A stretch of DNA of 64,000 nt from Desulfomicrobium sp. (GTDB lineage Bacteria > Desulfobacterota > Desulfovibrionia > Desulfovibrionales > Desulfomicrobiaceae), in NCBI GenBank assembly GCA_040768745.1, contig JAXGMI010000002.1, positions 288,001 to 352,000 of the forward strand, in the 5' to 3' direction. A model generated the notes under the pieces. It saw nothing but the letters and a program-made list of their open reading frames with translations, was not told where the DNA came from and did no database searches. A program made the translations under genes and the position numbers. Below, piece after piece: positions 47,653-58,333 of this stretch (position 1 is its first letter; every line of letters starts with the position of its first letter).

Positions 47653-48663
47653 CTACATTTCATTGGCGTAAAACTTTTGCACAACCTCCACATCAGCCTT
47701 GGAGCCGACAAAAAGAGGCACGCGTTGGTGCAGCTCCTGGGGTTCGATATCCAGGATCCGTCGAACTCCGTCTGTGGCCAACCCCCCCGCCTGTTCGATG
47801 AGCATGGCCATGGGCGCAGCCTCACACATCAGCCGTAATTTTCCGGAGGGCTTGCGGGGGTCGCGCGAGTCGGCTGGATACATGAAAATTCCACCATAAA
47901 TGAGGTTGCGATGGAAATCCGAAACCAGGGAGCCGATATAGCGCAGGCTGTACGGCCGGCCCAGGGCATTGTTATTTGATTTGAAATGATTGACTATCTT
48001 GCGTGTCGGCTCGTCCCAGTATGCATGATACCCTTCATTTACCGAATAGGTCTTCCCTTGTTCCGGAATCTTGATATCCGGATGGGAAAGAAGGAACTCA
48101 CCGACGGTGGGGTCGAGAGTGAACCCATGAACCCCATTGCCATAGGTGTAGACCAGCATCGTAGAAGAACCATAGATGATGTACCCGGCGGCCACTTGCA
48201 TGGCCCCTTTTTGCAACACTTCGCTTAGGTTGATGGCCTGGTCGCTGTAGGTTGTCCGGCGATAGATGCTGAATATGGTTCCAATGCTGACGTTGGCGTC
48301 TATGTTGGCCGATCCATCCAGCGGATCGAAAATCAAGATATAGTCTCCAATCGGAAACTGCCGTGGGATTTCGATGACATCCGCATTTTCTTCGGAAACC
48401 ATGGCGCAGAGCACCCCTGCCCTTTCCATGCGCCGGATGATGGCCCTGTTGGCAAAGTCATCCAGTTTCTGGACGATCTCACCTTGGACATTGACTTCTC
48501 CGGTGGCCCCGAGGACGTCGAGAAGCCCGGCCTTGGATACTTCCCGGCCAATGATTTTGGCGGACAATATGAGTTCCGTAAGGAGTCTGGTGAACCGTCC
48601 GGAAGCCATGGGGCGTTCCTTCTGATTGAGAAGAAGATGTTCAATAACGGTTATCTGTTGCAT
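47653..48663 (-). CDS. fbp: Class 1 fructose-1,6-bisphosphatase
   Basis: NVQGE, SEE, FDPLDGS, RYIGSLV, GKLRL. Confidence 0.96.
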   Translation of the reverse strand: MQQITVIEHLLLNQKERPMASGRFTRLLTELILSAKIIGREVSKAGLLDVLGATGEVNVQGEIVQKLDDFANRAIIRRMERAGVLCAMVSEENADVIEIPRQFPIGDYILIFDPLDGSANIDANVSIGTIFSIYRRTTYSDQAINLSEVLQKGAMQVAAGYIIYGSSTMLVYTYGNGVHGFTLDPTVGEFLLSHPDIKIPEQGKTYSVNEGYHAYWDEPTRKIVNHFKSNNNALGRPYSLRYIGSLVSDFHRNLIYGGIFMYPADSRDPRKPSGKLRLMCEAAPMAMLIEQAGGLATDGVRRILDIEPQELHQRVPLFVGSKADVEVVQKFYANEM

Positions 48664-48672
48664 CGATGCCTC

Positions 48673-49362
48673 TCACTTGGAAAAAAGGTAAATAAGATTG
48701 TCAGAGCCCATGCTCCGGATCCAGTACACATCCTGCCCATCAACTCTTCGGCTTCCTGAATATTTTTTGGAGGACGTCACTTTTTCAAGCACCTCGGTGG
48801 AATCCTTGGGGACCTGACCGCTGATGATTTGATTGCTCACGGCCAGGGCTGTCCGCGATGCGGCAATTTCAACCGCAAGCCCGCTCACGTACACTTCAAC
48901 GACAGTTGTTTTCAGGTGGTCCGGATCAACTCTGCCGGTATGCACCAGGAATACGCGGTCATTTTGAGAGACCATTACACGCCTCTCAGATGCAGGCATG
49001 CTGGAAAGAAAATCCCGCACCACAGGATCAAATCCCAGAGAATCATCCCCGGAAACAAAAAGCATTTCATTATCCAAAACAGCAATGTATTTAATCCACG
49101 GAATCATAGATTTCTGCGTTGAAATCCATCCATCATCAAAAGAGGAATCAGCGAGATCTATCTGATCCATGAGGCGTACTATCTTGCTGTCTATAGTATA
49201 ATAGTCATCCAGAAATTCTTGCGGAATATTGACACTGACAGATGCGTCGTAATCTACACTTGCTGTTGGATTAACATATTCATTGTAATATTGTTTTGTT
49301 GTGTGTACTGGCCTGCATGCTGATATTGCAAGGATGGCAAGTACGATGCAGAAGTATTTCAT
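48673..49362 (-). CDS. Hypothetical lipoprotein
   Basis: Lipobox ISAC, YYNEYVNP; 229 aa within the operon. Confidence 0.7.
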   Translation of the reverse strand: MKYFCIVLAILAISACRPVHTTKQYYNEYVNPTASVDYDASVSVNIPQEFLDDYYTIDSKIVRLMDQIDLADSSFDDGWISTQKSMIPWIKYIAVLDNEMLFVSGDDSLGFDPVVRDFLSSMPASERRVMVSQNDRVFLVHTGRVDPDHLKTTVVEVYVSGLAVEIAASRTALAVSNQIISGQVPKDSTEVLEKVTSSKKYSGSRRVDGQDVYWIRSMGSDNLIYLFSK

Positions 49363-49424
49363 GGGATTCTCTATGTCAGTTATGATTTATGCGGCAGTGA
49401 TGAAACCGCCAGGGAACCCTAAGA

Positions 49425-50180
49425 CTAAAGCTGAAATTTCTCCGAGGTATCCCCGGCCTTTTCTTCGAGTCGGGCGGCAAGGGAGTTCAGGACATTGAAC
49501 AGCTTGTTTTGTTTGTCAGATTCAGTATCCGGCAAGACCCCCATCGCCCTGCGGGCCTGGTCACGAAGGTTCAACAGATCGGCACGTTCTTCTTCCGTGT
49601 TCGCCCCGTCAAGCAAATCATCGTAGATCCGCACCGCCTGTGCATATTCGCCCTGCGCGCAGAGGAGCTTTGCCATGGTCTTGGTCTTGATGCCCGAGTT
49701 GATGCAAAGTTGCGTGACTTCATCGGCATCGAGGTCCTCTTCCGGTTCCACACATGCTGATGCGGCAGCCCTGGCCTCTGTGTAATGCGATATGCCATAG
49801 TTCATCAGGCTGATAAGGTCGGTTGTGCCTCCGCTGGCGTTGCGCTCCAGAATGAACGCAGCCAGAGACATGTCTGTCTGCTGCGATTTGGCAAAATGAG
49901 AACGCAAGGAAAGCCAGAATTTTTCGTGGTCCGCGAGCTTTGCAAAAACTGCCTGGGCCTGCTCTTCTGCCCCCTCAAGATCGCCGATTTCCACGAAAAG
50001 CTCAATCAGATACAGCTGGGCGTCAAGGTAGTCCGGATGATGTTTGAGACCTTTCTGAACGATCTCGATCGCACGCTGAAGATGCCCTTGCTTGCGGTAC
50101 AACCTAGCCAGCGGGAAGAAAATCTTGGATCCGGCGTCATGCTCCAGAAGTTCGTCAAAAAGGTGCAGCGTATCGTTCAT
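49425..50180 (-). CDS. TPR protein
   Basis: N-terminal TPRs (FFPLARLY, GLKHHP); TKTMAKLLCAQG...A..IY motif. Confidence 0.8.
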   Translation of the reverse strand: MNDTLHLFDELLEHDAGSKIFFPLARLYRKQGHLQRAIEIVQKGLKHHPDYLDAQLYLIELFVEIGDLEGAEEQAQAVFAKLADHEKFWLSLRSHFAKSQQTDMSLAAFILERNASGGTTDLISLMNYGISHYTEARAAASACVEPEEDLDADEVTQLCINSGIKTKTMAKLLCAQGEYAQAVRIYDDLLDGANTEEERADLLNLRDQARRAMGVLPDTESDKQNKLFNVLNSLAARLEEKAGDTSEKFQL

Positions 50181-50181
50181 A

Positions 50182-50463
50182 TCATTTCATTATGTACATG
50201 AGTTCATTGTCAGCCACATAGAAAAGCTCGCGCTTGATAAGTCGTTGCACATATTTATCATCTTTTTTGAGCACACGGATCTCCGAACTCAGCTGCCTGT
50301 TGCGCACATCCATATCGTCAATCTTTGCCCGCACCGACTCGATCTTTACCTTCAGCTCATTGTAGGCAGGAAGTCCACTCTCCTCGTCCAATATCTTTGA
50401 AAACTGAAAAAGATTGATGACAAGAAAAACAATGATTATAATAGCTTTTTTTGTTTTGAACAT
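50182..50463 (-). CDS. ftsB: FtsB/DivIC septum formation initiator
   Basis: TM helix, coiled coil, IKRELFYVADNE tail. Confidence 0.75.
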   Translation of the reverse strand: MFKTKKAIIIIVFLVINLFQFSKILDEESGLPAYNELKVKIESVRAKIDDMDVRNRQLSSEIRVLKKDDKYVQRLIKRELFYVADNELMYIMK

Positions 50464-50466
50464 GGC

Positions 50467-51066
50467 TCACCCTTTCATGTGCAAATGTTGACTGGCAAGA
50501 TCCCATGGCTCAATGTATGTTTTGTACTCTCCCATGGCCAGTTCCATGAAGTACTCAAGTCTTTCATTGTCGGAACGGCCAATAACAGTGTTGACACCGC
50601 GCAGGAATGCCTCGTTCGCCTGCATGCTGCGGCAATTCGTGTTGACGAGAATGATATTCGCTTCTCTCCGTCGCAGTCCGTTCCATTTTTTTATGACTTC
50701 GAAAACCGGCTTCATGTTCTCGTTCTCTTCAATAACCATTATATTATAATAATTAGCTCTGACCTTATCTATTGCTTCAGGAAGAGTTTTTGCCTCAGAG
50801 ATATAGATGCCCTGCTGTTGAAAAAAATAACTGATCCTCCCCGCAATACCTGTATCCGGGACATAGACAAAGGCGACCACTGCATCGTGTGGGAAATGCT
50901 CAGGTGCGACAGCATTGCTTGTATCCGTATCCATGGCAACAACTATTTGTTCCCTGCATTTGGGACAATTGAGTTTGAACTTTTTGGCTTCCGGAATGCG
51001 ATCATCCGGTATGTTGAAACTTGCCTTGCAGTGAGAGCAGGTTATTTCCATTTGCCGTATCCCCAT
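50467..51066 (-). CDS. MJ0042-type zinc-ribbon protein with receiver-like C-domain
   Basis: CSHC...IPDDRIP...CPKC; alpha/beta C-terminal domain. Confidence 0.75.
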   Translation of the reverse strand: MGIRQMEITCSHCKASFNIPDDRIPEAKKFKLNCPKCREQIVVAMDTDTSNAVAPEHFPHDAVVAFVYVPDTGIAGRISYFFQQQGIYISEAKTLPEAIDKVRANYYNIMVIEENENMKPVFEVIKKWNGLRRREANIILVNTNCRSMQANEAFLRGVNTVIGRSDNERLEYFMELAMGEYKTYIEPWDLASQHLHMKG

Positions 51067-52241
51067 TAAAAAATGGTGTTCTTTCTTTCGTAATCGTGAT
51101 CCAGTTCGAGACCTTCGATATTGGTGACCTTCTCACCCCTGGCAGTCTTGATCTTGTCGATCATCTGCGCAAGCCGGGACTTATCGGAAGCGTGTGTCAT
51201 GGCCACGTCTTCGGTAATGATCTTGTCTTCAAAAAGATTGGCCAAGTACTTGTCAAAGGTGATCATTCCATAAGCATCGCCGGTTTCCACAATGGAATAA
51301 AAAGTCTTTTCCTCTGTTTCTCCATTGTAGATGACTTCCTTGATACGCAAGTTGGACTTTAAAATTTCGAAGGCCGGAACGCGTCCGCCCCCGATGCGGG
51401 GCATGAGCCGCTGCGAGACCACAAACTTCAGACTTTCGGCCAGCCGTGATCTGATCAGTCTTTCCTCAGCGAGGTCGAACATGCCGATGATGCGGTTCAC
51501 CGTCTGGCCCGTGTCACTGGTGTGCAGGGTGCCCAGGACCAGATGGCCGGTTTCGGCCGCCTCCAGGGCGATGGTGATGGTCTCACGGTCACGGATTTCC
51601 CCTACAAGTATGACCTTGGGGGCTTGACGCAGTGCCGCGCGCAGTCCGGAGGCGAAGCTGTCGAAATCGAGCCCCAGTTCTCGCTGATTTACCGTCGCAA
51701 GCTTGTGTTCATGCACATATTCAATGGGATCTTCCAGGGTAACGATATGTTTTCTGTATGTCAGATTGATGTTGTTTATGAGCGCGGCAAGGGATGTGGT
51801 TTTGCCGGTACCCGTGGCGCCAGTAACAAGGATCAGGCCAAATTTCTCGCGGGACATCTCCAGGAAAACGTCTGGCAGGCTCAGCTGCTGGATAGTAGGT
51901 ACAACAGAGGTCAGTTTGCGCATAACGATGGCCAACGAGCCTTTCTGGCCCAACACGTTGACCCTGAACCGACACCGTCCAGGCAACTCGTAGGAAAGGT
52001 CGCAGGATCCTGTCCGCAGCTGATCTTCATACAGCCGCAGATGTCTGCCCATGAGGCACATGGCAACCGCCTCGACGTGGAAAGGAAGAAGCGGGCCGGG
52101 GTTGGGCTCGACCTTGGCGTTGCACAGTTCGCCGAATACCTCAACCTGAATGGGCTTGTTGACTGTGAATATGATGTCTGAGGTATCCGGTGCCTGGTCG
52201 AGAATCTGGTGCAGGATATGGTCGAGCTGCGCCCTCTGCAT
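51066..52241 (-). CDS. pilU: PilT/PilU-family ATPase (PilU-like paralogue)
   Basis: GATGTGKTT, LEDPIE, VGEIRD, TGHLVLGTLH; lacks the AIRNLIRE motif. Confidence 0.7.
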   Translation of the reverse strand: MQRAQLDHILHQILDQAPDTSDIIFTVNKPIQVEVFGELCNAKVEPNPGPLLPFHVEAVAMCLMGRHLRLYEDQLRTGSCDLSYELPGRCRFRVNVLGQKGSLAIVMRKLTSVVPTIQQLSLPDVFLEMSREKFGLILVTGATGTGKTTSLAALINNINLTYRKHIVTLEDPIEYVHEHKLATVNQRELGLDFDSFASGLRAALRQAPKVILVGEIRDRETITIALEAAETGHLVLGTLHTSDTGQTVNRIIGMFDLAEERLIRSRLAESLKFVVSQRLMPRIGGGRVPAFEILKSNLRIKEVIYNGETEEKTFYSIVETGDAYGMITFDKYLANLFEDKIITEDVAMTHASDKSRLAQMIDKIKTARGEKVTNIEGLELDHDYERKNTIF

Positions 52242-52242
52242 G

Positions 52243-53325
52243 TTACACCTCTGTAAAGTCCTGAGGAGGACTTGTCAGGAATTCCCTGAATTTGGATTTC
52301 GTTGCCGCCTTGTTGTAAGCCTGTTCCGGATCGATCATACCTGCCGTGAGCAGCTTCATGATCGCGTCGTCAAGGCTTTGCATGCCAAATTTCCGACCGG
52401 TTTCAATAACAGAGTTGATCTGAAAGATCTTGTTCTCACGAATCAGATTTCGCACAGCGGGAGTGGCGATGAGTACTTCGATGGCTGCACACCGCCCTGG
52501 GCGATCAATGCGCTTGAAGAGGTTCTGTGCAATGATGGCCCGCAGGGAGTCTGCCAAGCCCGAGCGGATTTGGCCCTGCAACTCGCCTGGAAAGACTTCG
52601 ATGATGCGGTCGACCGTCTTGGATGCGGAAATTGTATGCAATGTGGCGAAGACGAGATGCCCTGTTTCCGCTGCCTCGAGGGCCAGTTGAATGGTTTCCA
52701 GGTCGCGCATTTCGCCAACCAGGATGATGTCCGGGTCTTCGCGCAGGGCCCCGCGCAGGGCCGCGCTGAATGTCATGGTATCCCGCCCCACTTCACGCTG
52801 GTTGATGAGACAACTCTGCGGTTCATGGACAAATTCTATGGGATCCTCAATGGTCAGAATGTGGTCTTTGCGAAGTTTGTTCACATAGTCGATAACGGCG
52901 GCCAAGGTGGTCGATTTACCGCTGCCCGTGGGGCCGGTGACCAGGACCAGTCCCTTGGGCAGTAAAGCGAGATTCTTGAGAATGCTTGGCAGGCCCAAAT
53001 CGTCAATGGAGAGGATTTTTTGTGGGATTTCACGGAAGACAGCCCCTATGCCACGCTTCTGCATAAAAAAATTGGCACGATACCGCGCCAAATGTGGGAC
53101 CTCGTAAGAGAAATCAACGTCGCCTGTCTCTTCAAACGTCTTTATTTTGTTTTCCGGTGTGATCTCATAGAGCATTTTCTTTAGTTCTTCATGCTCCAGC
53201 ACTTTGTATTTGATGCGCTGCATTTCACCATGCAGGCGGATTATGGGCTGGGAGCCAGAAGAAAGATGCAAGTCCGAGGCTCCAAGCTCATGCAGCATTT
53301 TAAAAAATCCATCAATTTGTGCCAT
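52243..53325 (-). CDS. pilT: Type IV pilus retraction ATPase PilT
   Basis: ASDLH, GPTGSGKSTT, LREDPD, AVRNLIRE, GMQ. Confidence 0.93.
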   Translation of the reverse strand: MAQIDGFFKMLHELGASDLHLSSGSQPIIRLHGEMQRIKYKVLEHEELKKMLYEITPENKIKTFEETGDVDFSYEVPHLARYRANFFMQKRGIGAVFREIPQKILSIDDLGLPSILKNLALLPKGLVLVTGPTGSGKSTTLAAVIDYVNKLRKDHILTIEDPIEFVHEPQSCLINQREVGRDTMTFSAALRGALREDPDIILVGEMRDLETIQLALEAAETGHLVFATLHTISASKTVDRIIEVFPGELQGQIRSGLADSLRAIIAQNLFKRIDRPGRCAAIEVLIATPAVRNLIRENKIFQINSVIETGRKFGMQSLDDAIMKLLTAGMIDPEQAYNKAATKSKFREFLTSPPQDFTEV

Positions 53326-53445
53326 TATTGATCCCCCATCGCATATAATTCATAAACTACCACATGAAGTCAAGAAAGCAAACTTGACAAGGTCCTGTCT
53401 CCAATTCGGCGAACCCATGGCACAACGAAAAGATGAAAAACAATC

Positions 53446-53985
53446 TCATTCCCCCCACAGGCGATAAAAGCTGTAGAGATAATTCCATCCTGAATAAATC
53501 GTCAATCCGACTGCGACAAGGAGAAGTAGATAGCCCAGCCCAGTCAGATCGATCCCCAAAAAAGGATAATGATGAATGAGAGGCACCAGGGCCACGCTCT
53601 GCACGATTGTTTTCAGTTTTCCATACTTGTCCGCAGCGATGACCTGTCCCTTGTCCGCAGCGATGGCCCGTAACCCCGTGACGAGCAGTTCCCGCACTAT
53701 GATGATGATGGCGATCCATGCCGCTATCCATCCCAGTTCGACCAGCATGATGAGTACAGAGGCGATCAGGATTTTGTCAGCCAGAGGATCCAGAAATTTC
53801 CCGAAATTTGTGATTTGATTGTACCTGCGGGCAATGAACCCATCGACTAGGTCTGTCAGAATGGCGACGAGAAAAAATACAGTGGCCATGAGGCAAGTTG
53901 AAGGCCTGGGAAAATACAGCAACGTCAGGATAAACGGCACAGCCAGGATGCGAAAGACGGTGAGGGCGTTTGGTATGTTGATCAT
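53446..53985 (-). CDS. pgsA: CDP-diacylglycerol--glycerol-3-phosphate 3-phosphatidyltransferase
   Basis: NIPNALT, TDLVDGFIARR...FGKFLDPLADK. Confidence 0.95.
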   Translation of the reverse strand: MINIPNALTVFRILAVPFILTLLYFPRPSTCLMATVFFLVAILTDLVDGFIARRYNQITNFGKFLDPLADKILIASVLIMLVELGWIAAWIAIIIIVRELLVTGLRAIAADKGQVIAADKYGKLKTIVQSVALVPLIHHYPFLGIDLTGLGYLLLLVAVGLTIYSGWNYLYSFYRLWGE

Positions 53986-53991
53986 GAAAAT

Positions 53992-54600
53992 TCATTCATA
54001 GTGTTTCAGCCGTGACCATACTTTTTGCACATAGTCCTGGGTTTCCGCGTAGGGAGGAATTCCTCCGTATTTTCTGACCGCGTTGGGGCCTGCGTTATAT
54101 GCGGCAACCGCCAGCCGTTTGTCTGGAAACGTATCAAGCAGGAAGCGCAGATACCGTATGCCGGCGTCTATATTTTCAGAAGGATCAAAGGGATTTGCCA
54201 GATCAAGATCCCGTCCAGTTTCCGGCATGATCTGCATCAATCCCTGGGCGCCAGCCGAGGAGACCGCCCCGGCATTGAAACCCGACTCGACGTCGATGAC
54301 AGCCATGACCAGCTTTTTGTCGACCATGTATTTGTCGCAAAGTCCAGACACAATGGTGTTGACTTCTTCCACGCTGCGTTTGTCACGTTTGAACGCAACC
54401 AGGGCGTTTCTGATATAGTTGATGGACCGCTTGAACTTATATGGTTTGTAACGGGCCGACGTCGGGATATCCGTAATGCACAGCGACCCGTCTTCCTTGA
54501 CGCAGTAATAAAAACCCTTGGCCTGGGACGGGTGACCCGAACCCAACACCAGGACGCAGCACGAGCCGAAAAAAAACAAACAGCGAATGAAATTACCCAT
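53992..54600 (-). CDS. SLT-domain lytic transglycosylase
   Basis: VESGF, GAQGLMQIMP, AAYNAG, IPPYAETQDYV. Confidence 0.92.
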   Translation of the reverse strand: MGNFIRCLFFFGSCCVLVLGSGHPSQAKGFYYCVKEDGSLCITDIPTSARYKPYKFKRSINYIRNALVAFKRDKRSVEEVNTIVSGLCDKYMVDKKLVMAVIDVESGFNAGAVSSAGAQGLMQIMPETGRDLDLANPFDPSENIDAGIRYLRFLLDTFPDKRLAVAAYNAGPNAVRKYGGIPPYAETQDYVQKVWSRLKHYE

Positions 54601-54611
54601 AGGCCCTGCTT

Positions 54612-55520
54612 TCAGACATGGCTGCTGGATGCCGCCTCCAAACTGTTTTCCGCCGCCCTGATGACCCGATCGGCCAGCTCCAGGAGTGCCACCTTGGCCG
54701 GGCAATCAATGTCGAGCATGACCACCGGCTTGCCCAAATCCCCTGCTACGACAGTGGCTGGATCCAAAGGGATGGCTCCCAGGAATTCCAATCCGTATTT
54801 TCTGGCCAGATCCGCACCGCCACCTTTTTTGAATAGATCTATCCTCTGGGCGCAATGCGGACAGACAAGTCCGCTCATGTTCTCCACGACACCCAGAATA
54901 TTGGCCTTGACGTACTGAAGGAAATTAATCGATTTTCGCACGTCTGCCAAAGAAATTTCTTGAGGTGTTGTGATGACGATGCTCAGGGCATCCGGCACGG
55001 TTTTCAGCACGGCCATGGGTTCATCTCCCGTACCTGGCGGCGAGTCAATGACCAGGAAATCCAATTCGCCCCAGTCCACGTCGGAGACAAACTGCCGGAT
55101 TGCGGAAGTCTTCATGGGCCCCTTCCACAGCACTGCCTGATCAGGATCCTTGAGCAGGGATTCCATGGATACCACAGCCAAATTTTCACTGTAGCGTTTG
55201 GGCTGGATACCTTTTTGGGGGTCAAATTCCATCAGTCCGGTCAGGCCCAGCAAATGCGGAACGCTTGGACCGTGTATGTCCACGTCCAGCAATCCCACCC
55301 GATATCCCTTGACTGCCAGAGCCGCAGCGAGGTTGGTGGAGACCGAGCTCTTGCCCACCCCCCCCTTGCCGCTCATGACAAAAAGTTTGTATTTGATCTT
55401 GGACAAGGTGGTGGCAATGCTCTTGTCCTGACGCTCAATTTTTGAATCCGGGCTGTCCTGGATCGTACCCAGGGTTTTCTTGCTCGAACATGTGGAGCAA
55501 GAGGATTTGATTTCGGCCAC
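54612..55520 (-). CDS. mrp: Mrp/NBP35 Fe-S carrier ATPase
   Basis: SGKGGVGKS, DSPPGTGD, ENMS..CPHC; GTG start after GGAGG. Confidence 0.92.
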   Translation of the reverse strand: MAEIKSSCSTCSSKKTLGTIQDSPDSKIERQDKSIATTLSKIKYKLFVMSGKGGVGKSSVSTNLAAALAVKGYRVGLLDVDIHGPSVPHLLGLTGLMEFDPQKGIQPKRYSENLAVVSMESLLKDPDQAVLWKGPMKTSAIRQFVSDVDWGELDFLVIDSPPGTGDEPMAVLKTVPDALSIVITTPQEISLADVRKSINFLQYVKANILGVVENMSGLVCPHCAQRIDLFKKGGGADLARKYGLEFLGAIPLDPATVVAGDLGKPVVMLDIDCPAKVALLELADRVIRAAENSLEAASSSHV

Positions 55521-55606
55521 ATTTCCTCCCAAAACATCTCCTTGGCCTGGTGCAGGCCTGGAGAAACCTTCTTGTCGTTTCGTCGCGCCGCCCTTTTGGA
55601 CCTCAG

Positions 55607-56248
55607 CTACCATCCATGGGAACCCACCAAATCCACGAAAGCCACACCACCCTGGTCTTCCTGATGGATGCGGCCATCCTTTTTGAAAATTCTGAGCAGC
55701 CTTTGCTCACGCTTGGTTGGACCCACAGGAATGACCATGATCCCTGGGTCCGCCAGCTGTTCCAGCAAGGGCGAGGGCACTTCCGGCCCCCCAGCAGTGA
55801 CTATGATCCGGTCGAAAGGGCTGTGCTCGGGCCAGCCCAAGGTCCCGTCATCAAGTTTCACCCGCACGTTGAAGAATTTCATTTCCAAGAGGCGGCTCCG
55901 GGCAATGGCGTACAGCTGCTTGATCCGTTCCACGGTGAAGACCTGGGCGTCCATGCTGGCGAGAATTGCAGCCTGATACCCAGAGCCGGTGCCTATTTCA
56001 AGGATGCGCATTTGCGGGCGAACCACAAGCAAGGCGGTCATCAGTGCAACGATATACGGCTGGGAAAGGGTTTGTCCCAAGCCGATGGGCACCGGATGGT
56101 CTCCGTAGGCCTGTGCTTGAAGGGCCTCATCAACAAACAGATGACGGGGAATCTGGCGCATGGCGGCGAGGACGCGCGGATCCGTCACACCCCTGGCTTC
56201 GATCTGCTCTCGCACCATGCGTTCCCGGTTCCGGAGAAACCCCTTCAA
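55607..56248 (-). CDS. pcm: Protein-L-isoaspartate O-methyltransferase
   Basis: [29 protein letters not shown]. Confidence 0.95.
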   Translation of the reverse strand: MKGFLRNRERMVREQIEARGVTDPRVLAAMRQIPRHLFVDEALQAQAYGDHPVPIGLGQTLSQPYIVALMTALLVVRPQMRILEIGTGSGYQAAILASMDAQVFTVERIKQLYAIARSRLLEMKFFNVRVKLDDGTLGWPEHSPFDRIIVTAGGPEVPSPLLEQLADPGIMVIPVGPTKREQRLLRIFKKDGRIHQEDQGGVAFVDLVGSHGW

Positions 56249-56427
56249 AAAAGATCTCCCATTATGCGCGATTCATTGGAAATCATTACCATAAAGTGCC
56301 TGCAAAACAGATTTCAACACCCAAGTCAACAAAGGAAGCAGATACCTGCCCCATGAGTCCCGAAATGTAACCTTTTCCTTGCCCGTCAGCCTCGAATCGG
56401 AAAGAATGAGTAAAAAAGGAGATAGCC

Positions 56428-56862
56428 ATGTTTCAGGTTAAGAACATCATGACCAAGGACGTCTTCACCCTCAACCAACACGAAAGTCTGAGCGCAGCCA
56501 AGGATCTGATGGATTTGGCCCGCATCCGCCATATCCCCATCGTGGACAACTTGGGCAACTTTGTCGGTTTGGTCACACACAGGGACATCCTGGCCGCCAC
56601 GGTTTCCAAACTAGCGGAGATCGACCGTGAAGTTCAGGACGAAATAGAAGCCGGCATCCCCATCCACGAGATCATGCAAACCGACGTAGTCACCGTTACC
56701 GCCGACCTTCCCTTGAAAGAGGCGGCCAGACTGCTCCTGGAAGAAAAATACGGCTGTCTGCCAGTGGTATCGGCGGGAAAACTCAGTGGAATCATTACGG
56801 AGGCGGACTTTCTTCGCCTGACTATCGATCTCATCAACGCCGTGGAACCCGAGGAAGAGTGA
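56428..56862 (+). CDS. CBS-domain protein
   Basis: IRHIPIV and YGCLPVV CBS pair. Confidence 0.9.
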   Translation: MFQVKNIMTKDVFTLNQHESLSAAKDLMDLARIRHIPIVDNLGNFVGLVTHRDILAATVSKLAEIDREVQDEIEAGIPIHEIMQTDVVTVTADLPLKEAARLLLEEKYGCLPVVSAGKLSGIITEADFLRLTIDLINAVEPEEE

Positions 56863-56865
56863 TCT

Positions 56866-58203
56866 CTAGAACAAGAAGACGGCGGCCAGGCCAAGAAAGG
56901 TGAGGAAGCCGATGCTGTCGGTCAAGGTTGTCAGGAAGATGCTGGACGCCTGCGCCGGATCCCGCCCAAGCTCCCGCAGCACAAGGGGGATGGATGCCCC
57001 GGCGACGGCGCCGATGAGCATGTCCAGCCCCAAGGCCAGCGCCATGACGAAGGCCAGGACGTGATTTCGGGTCCAGGCAAAAAGCAAAACAAAGACCAGA
57101 ATGCCAATGATGCATCCGTTCACCAGACCGATTTTTGCTTCGCGGAAGACAGCCACCCAGCTTTTTTTACGATTGAAGCTTTCCATGGCCAGCTGGCGGA
57201 TCATGACGGCCAAGGACTGCTGGCCAGTGTTCCCGGCCTGGTTGGCCACGATGGGCATGAGCGCTGCCAGAATGGCCATCTGGGCGATGGTGCCCTCAAA
57301 AAGGTGTACAACATAGGCAGAAAGGGCTGAATTGAATACGTTGAGCATCAGCCATGGCAGGCGCTTTTGCAGAGAGTAGATCCAGGGTGAATCCACGGTC
57401 TCGTCCCCGCCGGCGCCGACCATGGACTGCATGTCCTCGCTGGCCTCTTCGTGAATGATGTCAATGACATCGTCCACAGTGACCATGCCCAGGAGCCTCT
57501 GCTCATGGTCCACAACAGGAAGCGCCAGAAAATTATAACGACTGATCAGTCGGGCCACTTCCTCCTTGTCCACGTCAAAGGGTACTGCGATGAGATTCTG
57601 CTCATGCAGGAGATCTCTGAGCACCGTCTTTCCGGGGCTCAGGAGCAGATCCCGCAGTGACAGGACGCCTTTCAGGTGGCGAAATTCGTCAACGATGTAG
57701 GCATAGTATGGGATTTCGCTCTCTTCGACCCGGTCCCGGATCAGATTTATGGCCTGCTTGGCGTTCATGGATTGATCCAGGGCCAGGATTTCGGTGTTCA
57801 TGACACCGCCGGCCGAGTCGGGATCGAACTGCAACAGATCGGAAATTTCCTCGGCGTCCTCACGCCCCAGACGCCGGAAAATTTTGGTCCTGACCTCTTC
57901 GCCAAGCTCCTCGAGGATGTCAGCCGCATCGTCCGGCGACATGTTCCGCAATATGTCGGCCGCCACTTCCGGGGCTAGGCGACTCACCAAAGCATTGCGT
58001 TCGTGACGCTCCATTTCCGAAATGGATTCAGATGCGTCCTCGACGTCCATCTCCCGGATGTATTCGAGCTGCTCCCGTAAAGACAGGTTCTCCAGTTCAT
58101 CGGCGGTGTCGGCCGGATGCTGGCTGTCGAGGGACGCTGCGACCCACTGTGAGGAGGTGGGTTCGTGCGGGGTCGTTTCCGGGGCGATTGTCTTTTCATT
58201 CAT
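56866..58203 (-). CDS. mgtE: Magnesium transporter MgtE
   Basis: HPAD, PDDAAD, SAGGVM, CBS pair, KRLPWL, GNTG.Q, DPA..S..LTT.TD. Confidence 0.93.
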   Translation of the reverse strand: MNEKTIAPETTPHEPTSSQWVAASLDSQHPADTADELENLSLREQLEYIREMDVEDASESISEMERHERNALVSRLAPEVAADILRNMSPDDAADILEELGEEVRTKIFRRLGREDAEEISDLLQFDPDSAGGVMNTEILALDQSMNAKQAINLIRDRVEESEIPYYAYIVDEFRHLKGVLSLRDLLLSPGKTVLRDLLHEQNLIAVPFDVDKEEVARLISRYNFLALPVVDHEQRLLGMVTVDDVIDIIHEEASEDMQSMVGAGGDETVDSPWIYSLQKRLPWLMLNVFNSALSAYVVHLFEGTIAQMAILAALMPIVANQAGNTGQQSLAVMIRQLAMESFNRKKSWVAVFREAKIGLVNGCIIGILVFVLLFAWTRNHVLAFVMALALGLDMLIGAVAGASIPLVLRELGRDPAQASSIFLTTLTDSIGFLTFLGLAAVFLF

Positions 58204-58333
58204 GGCTGATGCTGGGTAGCGTAAAGCGCCTTTCAGGTCAAAGCGGATTTCCAATTCCTGTGCGAAGTCAGCTTGTTCAACAAATTGACAACCCGCTCCC
58301 GGCATGGGTATTGCCCGGATCACAGGAAATCCC

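Noticed and set aside
48673..51066. Visibly AT-richer stretch as a horizontally acquired island
   Set aside because: The genes are tightly embedded in a housekeeping operon (ftsB-fbp-tsaD) with no mobility signals; GC was not computed
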